Virus record (IMG/VR): IMGVR_UViG_3300008113_000003
Coordinates: 124,001-188,000 of that record
Length of the DNA stretch: 64,000 nt
Strand: one strand, 5' to 3'
Part shown: one piece after another, positions 11,301-20,338 of the stretch
Layout of the letters: every line of letters starts with the position of its first letter
How positions within the stretch are numbered: position 1 is the stretch's first letter
Notes under the pieces: generated by a model
The model's input: the letters and a program-made list of their open reading frames with translations, nothing else
What the model was told of the DNA's origin: nothing
Database searches by the model: none
Position numbers and translations under genes: made by a program

Positions 11301-14091
11301 ATAAATTAAATATGCTAACATTTTTACCTGTTGTTATATAAGGTTTAAAAACAACGTCCTCAGTACCTTTTTGTGCTTTAGTTGTTCTTTCAAATATTCT
11401 TCTATCAGTAGCACCCATTTTACTTGTATAATCTGGGGAATATTTGTTATTACCTAAATTTGAAAATAGAAAAAATCTTTGTGATCTACCTGTTTCATCT
11501 AATCTATCAATAACCCTATTATCAAGTTTATTTTCAATATTTGAATCACCGAAACAAGATGGTCTTAAAACAATTGAGTCATCGGTAAAAAAAGCAGATG
11601 TTAAACCACCCAAACCACCAATGTCCGAAATAAAACTCGCTAATTTACCCAATCCACCTTTAAATGTTGTAATATCGGCATTACCCCTTTCAAGAATTGA
11701 TGATGGGTCTTTAATAAATTCAATAACTTTAAGTGGATTTGTTAACATGTCATCGATGGTTGTTAAACCAGCAACTTCTTGTGCACTTTTTGCTAATAAT
11801 CTTGTGTTTAAATGAAACTTTAATTCTAAAGCCGCTATTTGTGCTAATAAAGTGTCATTCTTTAAAGTTGGTTCTGTTAGTAAGTTTGCAATATCCAAAT
11901 CAGCGCCCAATAAAGCGCTTAACGGTGTTGATGCCGTTGGCACGTTTAAGAAATCACCCATTCTTATTTCTGTTGGATCGGCATTACTTAGCTTGTCTTC
12001 AGTAAGATATGGATTTTGTGGTGTGTTTGGGGCTTGATTTAGTAATAAATTTTGTAAAATTTCATATACAACAACGTTTTCCGCACCATATTTATTGGTT
12101 GTTATGTTAGTTGTGTAGTTTGGTGTTAAACCAGATAATTGAGCTTGGTTTGGTACAATAAAATCGTTTATAATTGTTTGTGAACCAACTGGTACAATAC
12201 CTGGATTAGCCAATGTAAACGCATCGGTTGGATCTGTTGGATCCTTAACCATGTTTTTGTTGAACAAGCTAATCATTATTGGTCCAGCTAACGTAACAAC
12301 ATCACCAGGGTTAACATTTGAAAATGTGCTTATTTGTGCTAAGGTACCTCTACCAGCCAAATATTGTGCAGCGATTGAAGCACTTGGTGATAAAGCTGTT
12401 AAACCAGCAGAAACATCCGCTGGCGTATTTAACGTCATTGATAAGTTCAATGTTCTTGGCGCAAGTGCGTCTGTTAATACATTACCAGGGTTAACAACAT
12501 TAAAGTTATTGATTGTTGTATCTAAACCTCTACCACCCAAATACTGTGTTGCTATTAAAGCTGATGGTGTTAAATCAAAAATACCAGTGGTGATATCAGC
12601 TGGCGTGCTTAAATTCATTGCAAGATCCAAAGTTCTTGGTGCAAGTGAATCAGTAACAACATTACCAGGGTTTACGTTTATAAAGTCATTGATAACACTG
12701 TCCAAACCTCTACCAGCCAAATACTGAGCGGCCAAAGCACCACTTAATGATGTAAGACCAGCTGTAATATCTGTAGGTGTATTGAGTGTATGTGAAAAGT
12801 TTAAGTTTCTTGGTATCACTGAATCAGTAACAACATTACCAGGATTTACGTTAGGTGATGTTGTAATTGCAACAAATGTACCTTTACCTGAAAGATATTG
12901 CGCAGCATAAGCACCACTTAAATTTGTCAACCCAGCCGTAATGTCGACTGGTGTATTTAATGTTTGTGCAAAGTTTTGTGTCCTTGGTGTAATAGCCTCA
13001 CTTAATACATCGCCAGGATTTACGTTAGGTGATGTTGTGATTGCAACAAATGTACCTTTACCTGAAAGATATTGTGCAGCTAAAGTAGAGTTGGGCGACA
13101 AATCATTTACACCTGCGGTAATATCCGTTGGTGTATTTAATGTTTGTGCAAAGTTTTGTGTTCTTGGTGTGATAGCATCTGATAAAACATCACCAGGGTT
13201 AACAACATTAAATGTGTTGATAACACTAAATGTTCCAAGTCCAGCCAAGTATTGAGCCGCATAAGCAGCGTTAGGTGTTAAATCATTTACGCCAGCGGTA
13301 ATGTCCGTTGGGGTACCAATATTCATAGCAAGATCTAAAGCTCTTGGTACGATGGCATCTGTTAATACATCCCCAGGGTTTATATTAGCAAATGTATTGA
13401 TTACAGTAAAAGCGCCTTTACCTGAAAGGTATTGGGCAGCGTAAGCCGCATTAGGTGTTAAATCATTTACACCAGCTGTAATATCCGTTGGTGTGTTCAA
13501 AGTCATGGCAAAATCCAAATTTCTTGGTGCCACGGCATCTGTTAACACATCACCTGGGTTTACGTTTACAAAATCATTTACAACGGTAAATGAACCTCTA
13601 CCTGAAAGGTATTGAGCGGCAAACGCAGCGTTAGGTGTTAAGTCATTTACACCAGCAGTAATATCTGTAGGTGTGTTTAATGTGTGTGATAAATCTAAAG
13701 TTCTTGGTGCAACAGCTTCTGTTAATACATCACCAGGGTTTAAGTTAGCAAAATCGTTTATAACTGTTAATTGACCCTTACTATTAACTAAAGCGGCAAC
13801 ATAAGCGCCACTCGCTGTCGTATCTAATAAACCAGCATTAATATCAACTGGTGTATTTAATGTTTTATTAAGATTAGCTATTCTTGCTGGTATGCCGTCT
13901 GTATCAACATTACCAGGGTTTTGTACATTATAAAAATGTATAGCAGCGTCTTGTCCTAACGAACTTAAATAAGCGTTAACTGTTACCGAATTAGTTAGAT
14001 TAACTAAACCAGTTACAACATCAGGTGGTGCTTGTAAATTTAAATTAAGGATCACGTTTCTAAACTGTCCCGATATACTATTTAAGCTCAT
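5326..14091 (-). CDS. Giant multidomain baseplate/tail protein (2921 aa): N-terminal 60-aa tandem repeats, tube-initiator (gp48/gp54-like) motifs and an OmpA-like segment
   Basis: Uninterrupted ORF; motifs FLGRPEPIYTYNNTERSGTLSWDIVVD, PPVSVLRIGDFY...QPMLAKVNMSFKYIG, AHASPSA...YNDKLASRRFVSV...RRVEI. Confidence 0.7.
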   Translation of the reverse strand: MSLNSISGQFRNVILNLNLQAPPDVVTGLVNLTNSVTVNAYLSSLGQDAAIHFYNVQNPGNVDTDGIPARIANLNKTLNTPVDINAGLLDTTASGAYVAALVNSKGQLTVINDFANLNPGDVLTEAVAPRTLDLSHTLNTPTDITAGVNDLTPNAAFAAQYLSGRGSFTVVNDFVNVNPGDVLTDAVAPRNLDFAMTLNTPTDITAGVNDLTPNAAYAAQYLSGKGAFTVINTFANINPGDVLTDAIVPRALDLAMNIGTPTDITAGVNDLTPNAAYAAQYLAGLGTFSVINTFNVVNPGDVLSDAITPRTQNFAQTLNTPTDITAGVNDLSPNSTLAAQYLSGKGTFVAITTSPNVNPGDVLSEAITPRTQNFAQTLNTPVDITAGLTNLSGAYAAQYLSGKGTFVAITTSPNVNPGNVVTDSVIPRNLNFSHTLNTPTDITAGLTSLSGALAAQYLAGRGLDSVINDFINVNPGNVVTDSLAPRTLDLAMNLSTPADITTGIFDLTPSALIATQYLGGRGLDTTINNFNVVNPGNVLTDALAPRTLNLSMTLNTPADVSAGLTALSPSASIAAQYLAGRGTLAQISTFSNVNPGDVVTLAGPIMISLFNKNMVKDPTDPTDAFTLANPGIVPVGSQTIINDFIVPNQAQLSGLTPNYTTNITTNKYGAENVVVYEILQNLLLNQAPNTPQNPYLTEDKLSNADPTEIRMGDFLNVPTASTPLSALLGADLDIANLLTEPTLKNDTLLAQIAALELKFHLNTRLLAKSAQEVAGLTTIDDMLTNPLKVIEFIKDPSSILERGNADITTFKGGLGKLASFISDIGGLGGLTSAFFTDDSIVLRPSCFGDSNIENKLDNRVIDRLDETGRSQRFFLFSNLGNNKYSPDYTSKMGATDRRIFERTTKAQKGTEDVVFKPYITTGKNVSIFNLLQDNNGLQVKSNSELTRSIRINDGVPDYYVEPGVENVSKYGSIQTSFIWRGSTDEQRWTIEDGKNGVLKWDSLGKLDDDILSRTMGGDPNDPTSTGRFRDCSIMGVTQQLLKSGTSNRAIRSIDQTKTKFTDGYHFSPKSSGVITPFKTPRKNKKDEVIGYTYLVPGLDTAGKRDDERMYNEVTLCRAWTKAKPFSKITDLIRWKELNRKERNSVLDRYGNLNIHPSALNVNEGYGRLGDGLGDAVVEAFGEKRARKYMFSIENLAWRDSSQFNELPPCEKGANGGRIMWFPPYNIRFTDDTTTNWTTHQFLGRPEPIYTYNNTERSGTLSWDIVVDHPTIMNLLVDKEFAQLTDGEVDELLAAFWAGCLDYDIFELARIWGVFSDSDIEYFKKVISDLDIRLPNEKIRTKVESSGSFKQEGITIETPKLETQKITQFNLFFENDIPIQKNSYKNQANFVVDKYSDYYDIYQNLARGQKLDQNSEFKEVAVGGGSNLDPSERLAWIRYDYTIGTNAAKEHQHFFTTDRKTYPGKSYGYEEQYLNIAKAYSAKNYASTKDYNLRFSMVAHASPSAPGQNLAELQRYNDKLASRRFVSVTKWLILDVMSDDDVKCYTINGEPILTEADVNKLHGDLEKSKKIVILRGDINSKQEISFDIVSRGQTLDDLFQTNPEPNEYTTLFGRPLKTSAGIEYFPISYGDNKTYYMVKTYDEFDKVKNNFIPSVPAGITSPINSQLIGTCIAVNTAPFQQVSRREADIVCGNLSPIASFARRVEINATLIPKEIPLERKEPPAETPPLYREEEVPTTNVTKREIAQRILNKLLTECDYFDYLSEESPIIFDSLKQKLKYFSPAFHAMTPEGLNARLTFLQQCMRPGDTITKDIGVPGCDAKNTAFGRPPVSVLRIGDFYHTKIIVNSLNISYDPLLWDLNPEGIGVQPMLAKVNMSFKYIGGQGLRRYVDQLQNALTFNYYANTDVYDERTFANTDRRERDLINLEQDFFAENSLDLIPIVAAAELITPSTENLPIPYGTIGVVSERLLPKLAGGTYYHYLTGATTFDPTKEYKAETCVIYQGQYYVRKASQYPIVNGVYTKTLPTDTTTWTAIDHSNFGEFAFRQEYGRYYIQRYDVQYYDLFDSLYTTFGEYITAFGGLVGKKESLNNTPTAKYKVIDNVLKNKNYKKPLSVSGTTIGEIINNISGTTIPSVSLSGLTYSEIFNTVAEEKRYFELGDVFRQHPFFLTKNNNKPEEFEALKLNLHPQEYMFKIGDGKGLPYNFTALTGATNNGRSSKYFQGSFTNGYTNNFNGISETGGIFFRDTNGIKIYRDIISSFKDEFRTKIATNTLAFWFSPDDTLKTFKSFYKNLDTQHIKDFTSYFDVEYTKFMSIKDADDETTINALNDSVAKMSVVLAGLSLPLYGYDATYSEGRAKLYEVIPNGKKLKTPVTGSTMFGYNPYDEYKKLSIDGGNLISLSDVYNIINDANSLSPTTGFTINQYASLGNGLYFFKQMKNNIDNGASDDIIKEYNRNMEYIKKVFGYTTLNDLPNQYDFDNFLPTNNILDSNGTTATNTFKFGQVTPPVTGPITSENFSFNPYEYGTTDSARSLETTSYSLVTRANDGSISNTANNVYNDGVYQMRYTFEKINYEVLDFSNKTLEVMLSDQFESKNNDIDLAYTPSYGFDLQVNNLTGVTLNPTGSTTGDTVSNILFYYGVNKKTNSQNSFIKDINYYLFNDNNPNITGTTLNTQLKNLNTLMAYDYTITEEYVNSLPDQQKIKLNGFSGSTSGITTGVTTGITYGETVKMSAMHEVLFIEFLYNLYINKPTHIEAIMAKIEKTGINPPASIKNDPKRSEAYVEAQKKKIKKSIEDTFKLIESFVKKYDADLGDVLSYMSNINDNTIKNINKNVFGVDNQNKVLGISEMRAKLFKGGVEDYLVTFRETSKPDPVIVKNLKLFTKYKNDPIINLCTTNEAESIKQNDQTQLSILYPELYPELSN
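12313..13920 (-). repeat. Nine tandem coding repeats of 174-180 bp (58-60 aa), consensus NPG(D/N)V(L/V)TDA..PR.L....TLNTP.DITAG...L......AAQYL.G.G....IN.F.NV
   Basis: Aligned directly from the translation; each unit starts with NPG; partial units flank both ends. Confidence 0.95.
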
Positions 14092-14129
14092 ATATTATAA
14101 ATATTATTCAAATTGTTTTTTATTAAGAA

Positions 14130-16889
14130 TTATATCGGTGAAATACCAAAATCAACAATATAATTTGCGGTACCACCATCATTTTGTGACATAGTTCTTT
14201 TTATCCATTCACCCATCATAACAGGATCTGAATCATAAAACTCTTTAGCGTTTATTTTTTGTACCCCGCTTTTAGTTTTTGCTTCAATCTCTCCATTCAC
14301 AACAACTGTAATTGTTTGTTCACTAGAGTTAGTAGCGTTTGAATACTTATTGGCGTTTAATTCTGAAATTAACGCCATTGCTGATCCAGCATTTCCAGAT
14401 AATATTTTACCGTTTGATAAAGCCAAAGCATCTTGCACTTGTGACATTTCAGCACCCATTGATTCAGGTACAGCATCGAGACCAGCTAATTCTAAGAATT
14501 TTCTATCCGTATAACCACCACCTTTTAAAGCTTCAGTTGTTAAAGCTTGTTTATATTCATTACCACCAGTAAAAGCGTCAGCAAAATCAGCACCGCTTCT
14601 TCTAAATCTTGCACCAGACGTTTGATAAAAATCTTGTGCAACACTTTCCATACCCATGGCTGAAGTAACTAATCCACCAGCGCCATCAAGAACACCCATA
14701 ATACCATTACCTAGTCCACCAAAAAAATCACCAAAAAAAGAAGAATCTTCATCTTCCTTTCTAAAGTTTTTTACGATTTCTGTTAAAGCACCTTTATTAT
14801 CAATACCAATATTTTCTGTTATTTTTCTTGTTTTTTCATCACCCATTTCCATTTTAATACCAGCTTTCCATAAAGATTCACCAACGTATGGCACCTCTTT
14901 CATAGATTTAAGTATTTCACCAAAAATAACTTTTACGTATGGCATAACACCATCTAAAACAAAACGTATAACTTTATCGAATATGGTACCTATTTTATCA
15001 AAAAAGCTTTTGTTTTTATCACCCATAATAGCTCTTATGTCTGTAATAAAACCCTTAAAACCAGCTAAAAACATATCCATACCAGTTCTAAATTTACCAC
15101 CTGGGCTAAATAAGTCCCTCATAAGCGGTATTAATGTTGCGGCTATTTCTTTACCTAAGGTTTCAATTTCATTTAATAACCCACTATCAGCTAAAAGCTT
15201 ATTTAATTCCGTAAATAAAGGTGTTAAACCAATTGCGAATCTTTCTAATATATTATTAAATCTGTCCTGTAAGGTTAATCTTTGTTTTGCAGCTTCGTCA
15301 TTAGCGGTTCTTTGTGCTAATATTTGTTTTAATTGATCTTGGCTTGTTATGTTACTAACTAATTGGCTAACACCGTTAGCCATTTTAATTTCATATTGAC
15401 CTTTATCGTTGACTGTCATTAAATTAGCCAATGCCTGTTGGTCGTCATCGCTAAAACCGATTAAAGAACCTGTAGTTTTTGTTAAGTTATTTAATTTGTC
15501 AGCTGTTTTAGCTTGCTCTATACCAGCATTAACAATATCATCATAATTTTGTCCAAGTGCTTCAGCGGTCTCTCTTAATATTTGACGTTGCGCTGGTGGT
15601 ATTATAAAATCACCATTTTTGTTTTTAATAGCTAAACTTTTTGCTGAAGTTATTAATTTTTCGGCCATACCGTCCGCATTGTTCATCGAATCGTACATTA
15701 ATTGGAACGGGTCACCAAACATTTGTGCAAACTCACCACCAAGAACTTGTATCTTAGCCGCAGCTTCTACGGCCTTTTCTGGGCTAAAAAAAGCATCTTT
15801 AAATGATTTAATTGATTCGGCTAAGTTAAATCTTAATGATTCGGCTTTAGCGGCTAGTTTTGTTAAACCCTCAACGCTTCTACCAAAACCAGACCCTGTT
15901 AAAGCTTTAACAACATCTGTTGTTGTTTGTAATAATTTTGTTTGATTAATATTAAATCTAGCAGCTTCATTTCTACCTTTTTGGGCAACTTTAAGTGTTG
16001 TACCTAATGAATATCCAACATTATCAAATTCAGCAACCATTTTGGTTATACCCTCAACAGCTAATCCAGTACTATTACCAAGATTAACAATATCAGTAAT
16101 TTCTTTAGTACTAAAAATTCTGTTTTTACCAGTTGCTTCACTAAAGCCTTTTATGATCTTGCCAACGTCTTCTATTTTACCACCATACTCGAGTATTTCG
16201 TTGTATATTGTCGGCATTGCATCTAATAACTGGTAATACTCTTTACTCGTCATACCAATATCAGCGGATAAGGCACCTACGACTTTTTGCATTTCCAAAA
16301 ACAATTTCCAAGCTCTTTCTATTGGGAAGATGATTTTAAAAATTGCTTTACCAATATCCCAAGCAACACCCAAAATACTACCAAACAAACTAAATAAACC
16401 ACCAAATATGTTAGTTAATGTACCACCAACTTTACCAAATAAATCAAATGCTTTACCCAAACCACTTACGGAACCTTTAGCTGTTTGATAATTTACTTCT
16501 TGTATTTCTTTTTCAAGTTCCTTTTGTTCTTTTTTCTTTTTAACTAATTTAGCCGCTTCTTTATTACCCCTTTTTTCAAGTTCGTTAGCAACTTTACCCA
16601 GATTAACAATTTCATCTTCGGTTTTTTTAAGATTTTTCTTAGCTTTTTTAAGGTTATCAGCATCTTCAGCCATTTCCTTGGCAAATCTTTTTAAATTACC
16701 CCATATTGATTGTGTTTTTAAATCCCACTCTCTACCAGCAGCCTTTTTAGCATTTATGGCATCATACATAGACAACATCTTATTGATGTGGTCCTCTTCT
16801 TGTTGTTGGCTTATAATACCCTTTTTTCTGGCATCTGTTAACTTGTTTAAAGCCCCGTCCAAATTGTTAAAAAAATCCGCTTGCGCCAT
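14130..16889 (-). CDS. Tape-measure-like protein, paralog 1 (919 aa)
   Basis: Ala/Gly/Lys-rich helical composition with amphipathic FGGLFSLFG-type stretches; lies downstream of tube and chaperone genes. Confidence 0.7.
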   Translation of the reverse strand: MAQADFFNNLDGALNKLTDARKKGIISQQQEEDHINKMLSMYDAINAKKAAGREWDLKTQSIWGNLKRFAKEMAEDADNLKKAKKNLKKTEDEIVNLGKVANELEKRGNKEAAKLVKKKKEQKELEKEIQEVNYQTAKGSVSGLGKAFDLFGKVGGTLTNIFGGLFSLFGSILGVAWDIGKAIFKIIFPIERAWKLFLEMQKVVGALSADIGMTSKEYYQLLDAMPTIYNEILEYGGKIEDVGKIIKGFSEATGKNRIFSTKEITDIVNLGNSTGLAVEGITKMVAEFDNVGYSLGTTLKVAQKGRNEAARFNINQTKLLQTTTDVVKALTGSGFGRSVEGLTKLAAKAESLRFNLAESIKSFKDAFFSPEKAVEAAAKIQVLGGEFAQMFGDPFQLMYDSMNNADGMAEKLITSAKSLAIKNKNGDFIIPPAQRQILRETAEALGQNYDDIVNAGIEQAKTADKLNNLTKTTGSLIGFSDDDQQALANLMTVNDKGQYEIKMANGVSQLVSNITSQDQLKQILAQRTANDEAAKQRLTLQDRFNNILERFAIGLTPLFTELNKLLADSGLLNEIETLGKEIAATLIPLMRDLFSPGGKFRTGMDMFLAGFKGFITDIRAIMGDKNKSFFDKIGTIFDKVIRFVLDGVMPYVKVIFGEILKSMKEVPYVGESLWKAGIKMEMGDEKTRKITENIGIDNKGALTEIVKNFRKEDEDSSFFGDFFGGLGNGIMGVLDGAGGLVTSAMGMESVAQDFYQTSGARFRRSGADFADAFTGGNEYKQALTTEALKGGGYTDRKFLELAGLDAVPESMGAEMSQVQDALALSNGKILSGNAGSAMALISELNANKYSNATNSSEQTITVVVNGEIEAKTKSGVQKINAKEFYDSDPVMMGEWIKRTMSQNDGGTANYIVDFGISPI

Positions 16890-16942
16890 ATATTAAATTT
16901 AATGATTATTGCTTAACTATAAATATTAAACATTCTGTTTTA

Positions 16943-19516
16943 TTATGAATTGTAGACCATTTGATTTATTATTTGTTTAGATACAATATTCGTTGCATCT
17001 TTAACACCATTATTATCCAAATCATGTTTTGTTAAATCTATTGTACCAGTTAAATTTAATTTAACAACTGGTTTTTTTACTGAAGCAATTTGATTAGCTT
17101 TTTCGTCAAAAAATAAAATAGCGTCATCTTTTCTACCTTGTAATAATTGACCATTTGCAAAAACAACAGGCCTTGTTGGATCAAATAAGGTTACACCAAA
17201 TTGACTTTCTTTTTTAAAGGGTATATTTACGTTTGATGAATTTTGACCATAATTCATAAAACTAGGTGTGGGTATCATCGTATTCGGTTCATTTTTTTTA
17301 ACACCTTTATTGGCATCCTCAATTTTTGTTTTTAAGTCTGTTAATTTACCTAAATCAATTTTATCTTCAATATCATCGGTAGAATCGTTATATTGTATAA
17401 TATCGTTAATTAAGCCAGGTAAAGCTTCTTTCGCTAAAAAACTGTCTTGGCCACCAGATAAAACACCCTTTTCTTTCATTTTTAATCCATAACTTCTCAT
17501 TGAGTCGGATTCAAAAAAGCTACCAAGACCTTCTATAATTGTACCCGATGCGTATTGAAAATATGGGACAATGTCACTAACAAAAAAGCCTAAAATTAGC
17601 GCACCAGATTCACCAATTTTTTGACCGATGTCTTTTTTAGGGTCTTTAAAAATATTAAATATTTTACCAAATAAATCCGTTAAAATTGTTAAACCGTGCA
17701 TAATAGTTTCACGAAAAGAACCAGAGCTAGAAAATATACCATGTATAAATTCAATCATACCAGTTGATATGTCTTTGACCAAACTATCAAGATCACCAAT
17801 TGTATTATGGTTATTAAAAAGATTATTTAATTCAACAAAAAATTGTGAAAATCCGATTGAGAATCTATCGAGTACAATTGATAATCTTTCCGCCAATGTT
17901 TTTCTAAGTAACGCAGACTGTTCGTTTTTTCTCTCTTGATTTAAAATACCATATATTTCTGAGGTGCTTGGGGTTTCAGATAAATTTTGTATAACCCCAT
18001 TTGATAACCTTATACTATAAGATCCATCTTCATTCATTGTCATTAGGTTTGTCAATAAATCTTTTTGGTCATCATTTAAACCAAATGTCGCTACACCTCT
18101 TTTTCTTAAAGCTTCTATTTTATCCTCATATTTAGCATCCTCAATCGCTGCGTTAAATAATTCGTCAGCATCTTGGTTCATTGCCGTTGCAAACTCCCTA
18201 ATTAATTCACGATCAGCTGGTGATATTTGAAATCCGTTTTTACCTTTAAAAGCCTTACCTTTAACAACTTCCATTAAATCAGCTGTTAACTGTAAAGGGT
18301 CTTCAATACTTTTAGCCATCAACATCATTGGGTCGCTAAAATAAAAAGCAAATTTACCGCCAAGTAATCTGGCTGTTGCAGCCGCCTCAATTGCTGTTTC
18401 TGGATCAGTAAAAGCGTCTTTAAACGCCCCTACACTTTTTTTAACATCAATTCTAGCTTTTTGGGTTTTGATAATTAGTTTGGTCATACCTTCTAAACCC
18501 TTCTCAATACCAAAACCAGTTAATTCAACAACCAATTCACCAGCTTTCTTAAGAATCGTTGTTTGGTTTTGAGAAACCGACATTGATTTGTTTCTAACAA
18601 AATCGGTGAATTTTAATGTTCTGTCTAAAGAATATCCAAGGTTTTCAAAATTACCTATAAGTTCACCAGCAGCATCAACACCAAGCCCTGTACCTAAACC
18701 TAGCTCAATTATTGATTTAAATTCAGTACCACTAAAAACTCTATTCCTGTTTGTTAATCTATTATAGGCATCGTAAGCCTCACCAACTTGCTCAATGGTA
18801 CCACCAACATCTAAAACTTCGTTCATTATTGTTGGCATCTGATCTAAAAAATTTTTAGATTCACTTGCAATTAAGCCAGAGTCAGCCGCAACACGACCAA
18901 CCAATCTTTGCATTTCTAAAAATTTTTCATAAACCGCAGCAACCCCAAATTCAAAATCAAGTAAATTTTTTGCAAAAGAAAAAGCAACTTTTACGATACT
19001 TAAAGCTACTCTAAATAAAGCTTTTAAAGCACTCCACGCTAATTTAGCAACAAGCATTATTATTACCACATATGGGTTACCACCTTTGGCGCTTGATTGA
19101 ACAGAATCAGCAACGTCATCCATTGCATCTTTAATATTTTTTTCAATTTCAAGTTGTACCCTTTTTTTAAATAGCTCTTGGCTTAATTGCGTTTTATTAT
19201 CTTTTATCGCCTCGTTTTCTTTTTCTTTAAAAAGGTTTATTTGATCTTGAAGAAATATTAAATTTTCCTTTCTTTTTTGTCTTTCTTTATATAGTTTATG
19301 TTTTTCAGCTTGGATTCTTTTAAAATAAGCGTATAAACCCTCATTCTTAGAATCCCATCTATACATTTCTTTTTTCTGGGCAATAGCATCGTTATACGCA
19401 TCAATTACATCTTGTACGTACCCCTCAATCATTTGTTGTGAATCGGTTGAAGCTGCTGTGTTAACTTGCAACTTTTTAACCATTTCATCTATCGCTGATG
19501 CTATATCCCCTTGCAT
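16943..19516 (-). CDS. Tape-measure-like protein, paralog 2 (857 aa)
   Basis: Colinear similarity to paralog 1 (LEMQ...MPTI.NE.L..GG.IE.VG; FKDAF..PE.A.EAAA....LGG.FA..F.DP). Confidence 0.7.
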   Translation of the reverse strand: MQGDIASAIDEMVKKLQVNTAASTDSQQMIEGYVQDVIDAYNDAIAQKKEMYRWDSKNEGLYAYFKRIQAEKHKLYKERQKRKENLIFLQDQINLFKEKENEAIKDNKTQLSQELFKKRVQLEIEKNIKDAMDDVADSVQSSAKGGNPYVVIIMLVAKLAWSALKALFRVALSIVKVAFSFAKNLLDFEFGVAAVYEKFLEMQRLVGRVAADSGLIASESKNFLDQMPTIMNEVLDVGGTIEQVGEAYDAYNRLTNRNRVFSGTEFKSIIELGLGTGLGVDAAGELIGNFENLGYSLDRTLKFTDFVRNKSMSVSQNQTTILKKAGELVVELTGFGIEKGLEGMTKLIIKTQKARIDVKKSVGAFKDAFTDPETAIEAAATARLLGGKFAFYFSDPMMLMAKSIEDPLQLTADLMEVVKGKAFKGKNGFQISPADRELIREFATAMNQDADELFNAAIEDAKYEDKIEALRKRGVATFGLNDDQKDLLTNLMTMNEDGSYSIRLSNGVIQNLSETPSTSEIYGILNQERKNEQSALLRKTLAERLSIVLDRFSIGFSQFFVELNNLFNNHNTIGDLDSLVKDISTGMIEFIHGIFSSSGSFRETIMHGLTILTDLFGKIFNIFKDPKKDIGQKIGESGALILGFFVSDIVPYFQYASGTIIEGLGSFFESDSMRSYGLKMKEKGVLSGGQDSFLAKEALPGLINDIIQYNDSTDDIEDKIDLGKLTDLKTKIEDANKGVKKNEPNTMIPTPSFMNYGQNSSNVNIPFKKESQFGVTLFDPTRPVVFANGQLLQGRKDDAILFFDEKANQIASVKKPVVKLNLTGTIDLTKHDLDNNGVKDATNIVSKQIINQMVYNS

Positions 19517-19518
19517 TA

Positions 19519-20277
19519 TTAATAAGTAACAATTATCTGGCCACCACTTTTTCTAATATTTCTTATTTTTTTTGGTAGCGCTTTATTAACAAAATCCAAA
19601 TTACTTCTATCATTAAAATAGGCTATAATTTTGTCTATTGTTGACGGTAATATATTATTGATCTCTACTTTCCTCGTAACTTTTTGTTTATTTGTGTGTA
19701 TAACAATCGTGTTATTTAAAGTATGTACTCTAATATCATCTGGGTTATTTGGGTCCACATTTATTTTTACTTGTGTTTTTGTAAAATCATCCGATAAAAG
19801 CGCTCTTAAATTTTTATTATTTAAGTGTATTAAATTTTTATCATACTTAAGTTTAACGTCCTGATATTTCTTTTTATCAACAAAATATGCTATTGTAATA
19901 ATAATTGCCGCTAAATCCTCACCATCACCCAAAACACTTTTATCATACATTAATGTGTACGAGCTAATATTTCTATAGTGTTTACCAGCAATTTTTAATA
20001 AGTGGTCTTCGGCTTTATCTAAATAAGCATCAGCCCTATTAGCGCTAACTTGCGCTTGAACATTTGCTTTTATGTCAGGTCCACCAACATTTGGGTCATT
20101 TTGTGAATCTTCTTCAGATTTTGCTATAAACTCTTGGAAGCTTAAAGGTTTTACATTAGTCATATCTTCGTTTGGTAAATCCTTAAACTTAACTTTACTA
20201 CTCCAAGGCCAACTTATCTCACTAAGATTCTCAACTATCTTTTCTAATTGAGCTTCTGTTATAACATATTTTTTCAT
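19519..20277 (-). CDS. Hypothetical protein (252 aa)
   Basis: ORF with its own GATATTTATA motif 13 nt upstream; stop is 2 nt before the start of tape-measure paralog 2. Confidence 0.75.
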   Translation of the reverse strand: MKKYVITEAQLEKIVENLSEISWPWSSKVKFKDLPNEDMTNVKPLSFQEFIAKSEEDSQNDPNVGGPDIKANVQAQVSANRADAYLDKAEDHLLKIAGKHYRNISSYTLMYDKSVLGDGEDLAAIIITIAYFVDKKKYQDVKLKYDKNLIHLNNKNLRALLSDDFTKTQVKINVDPNNPDDIRVHTLNNTIVIHTNKQKVTRKVEINNILPSTIDKIIAYFNDRSNLDFVNKALPKKIRNIRKSGGQIIVTY

Positions 20278-20304
20278 AAACGTATTTTAATATAAATATC
20301 GAAT

Positions 20305-20336
20305 AAAACAAAAAACCCACCTTGATAGTGGGTTTT
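20305..20336 (-). terminator. Rho-independent terminator after the chaperone genes
   Basis: Stem AAAACCCAC / GTGGGTTTT (20312-20320, 20328-20336), 7-nt loop, U-rich tail on the minus strand. Confidence 0.75.
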
Positions 20337-20338
20337 AT

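Noticed and set aside
12313-13920. CRISPR array or DGR template/variable repeat pair
   Set aside because: Units are 174-180 bp, in frame and diverge at silent sites with no unique spacers; mismatches are not adenine-specific and no reverse transcriptase is in the window
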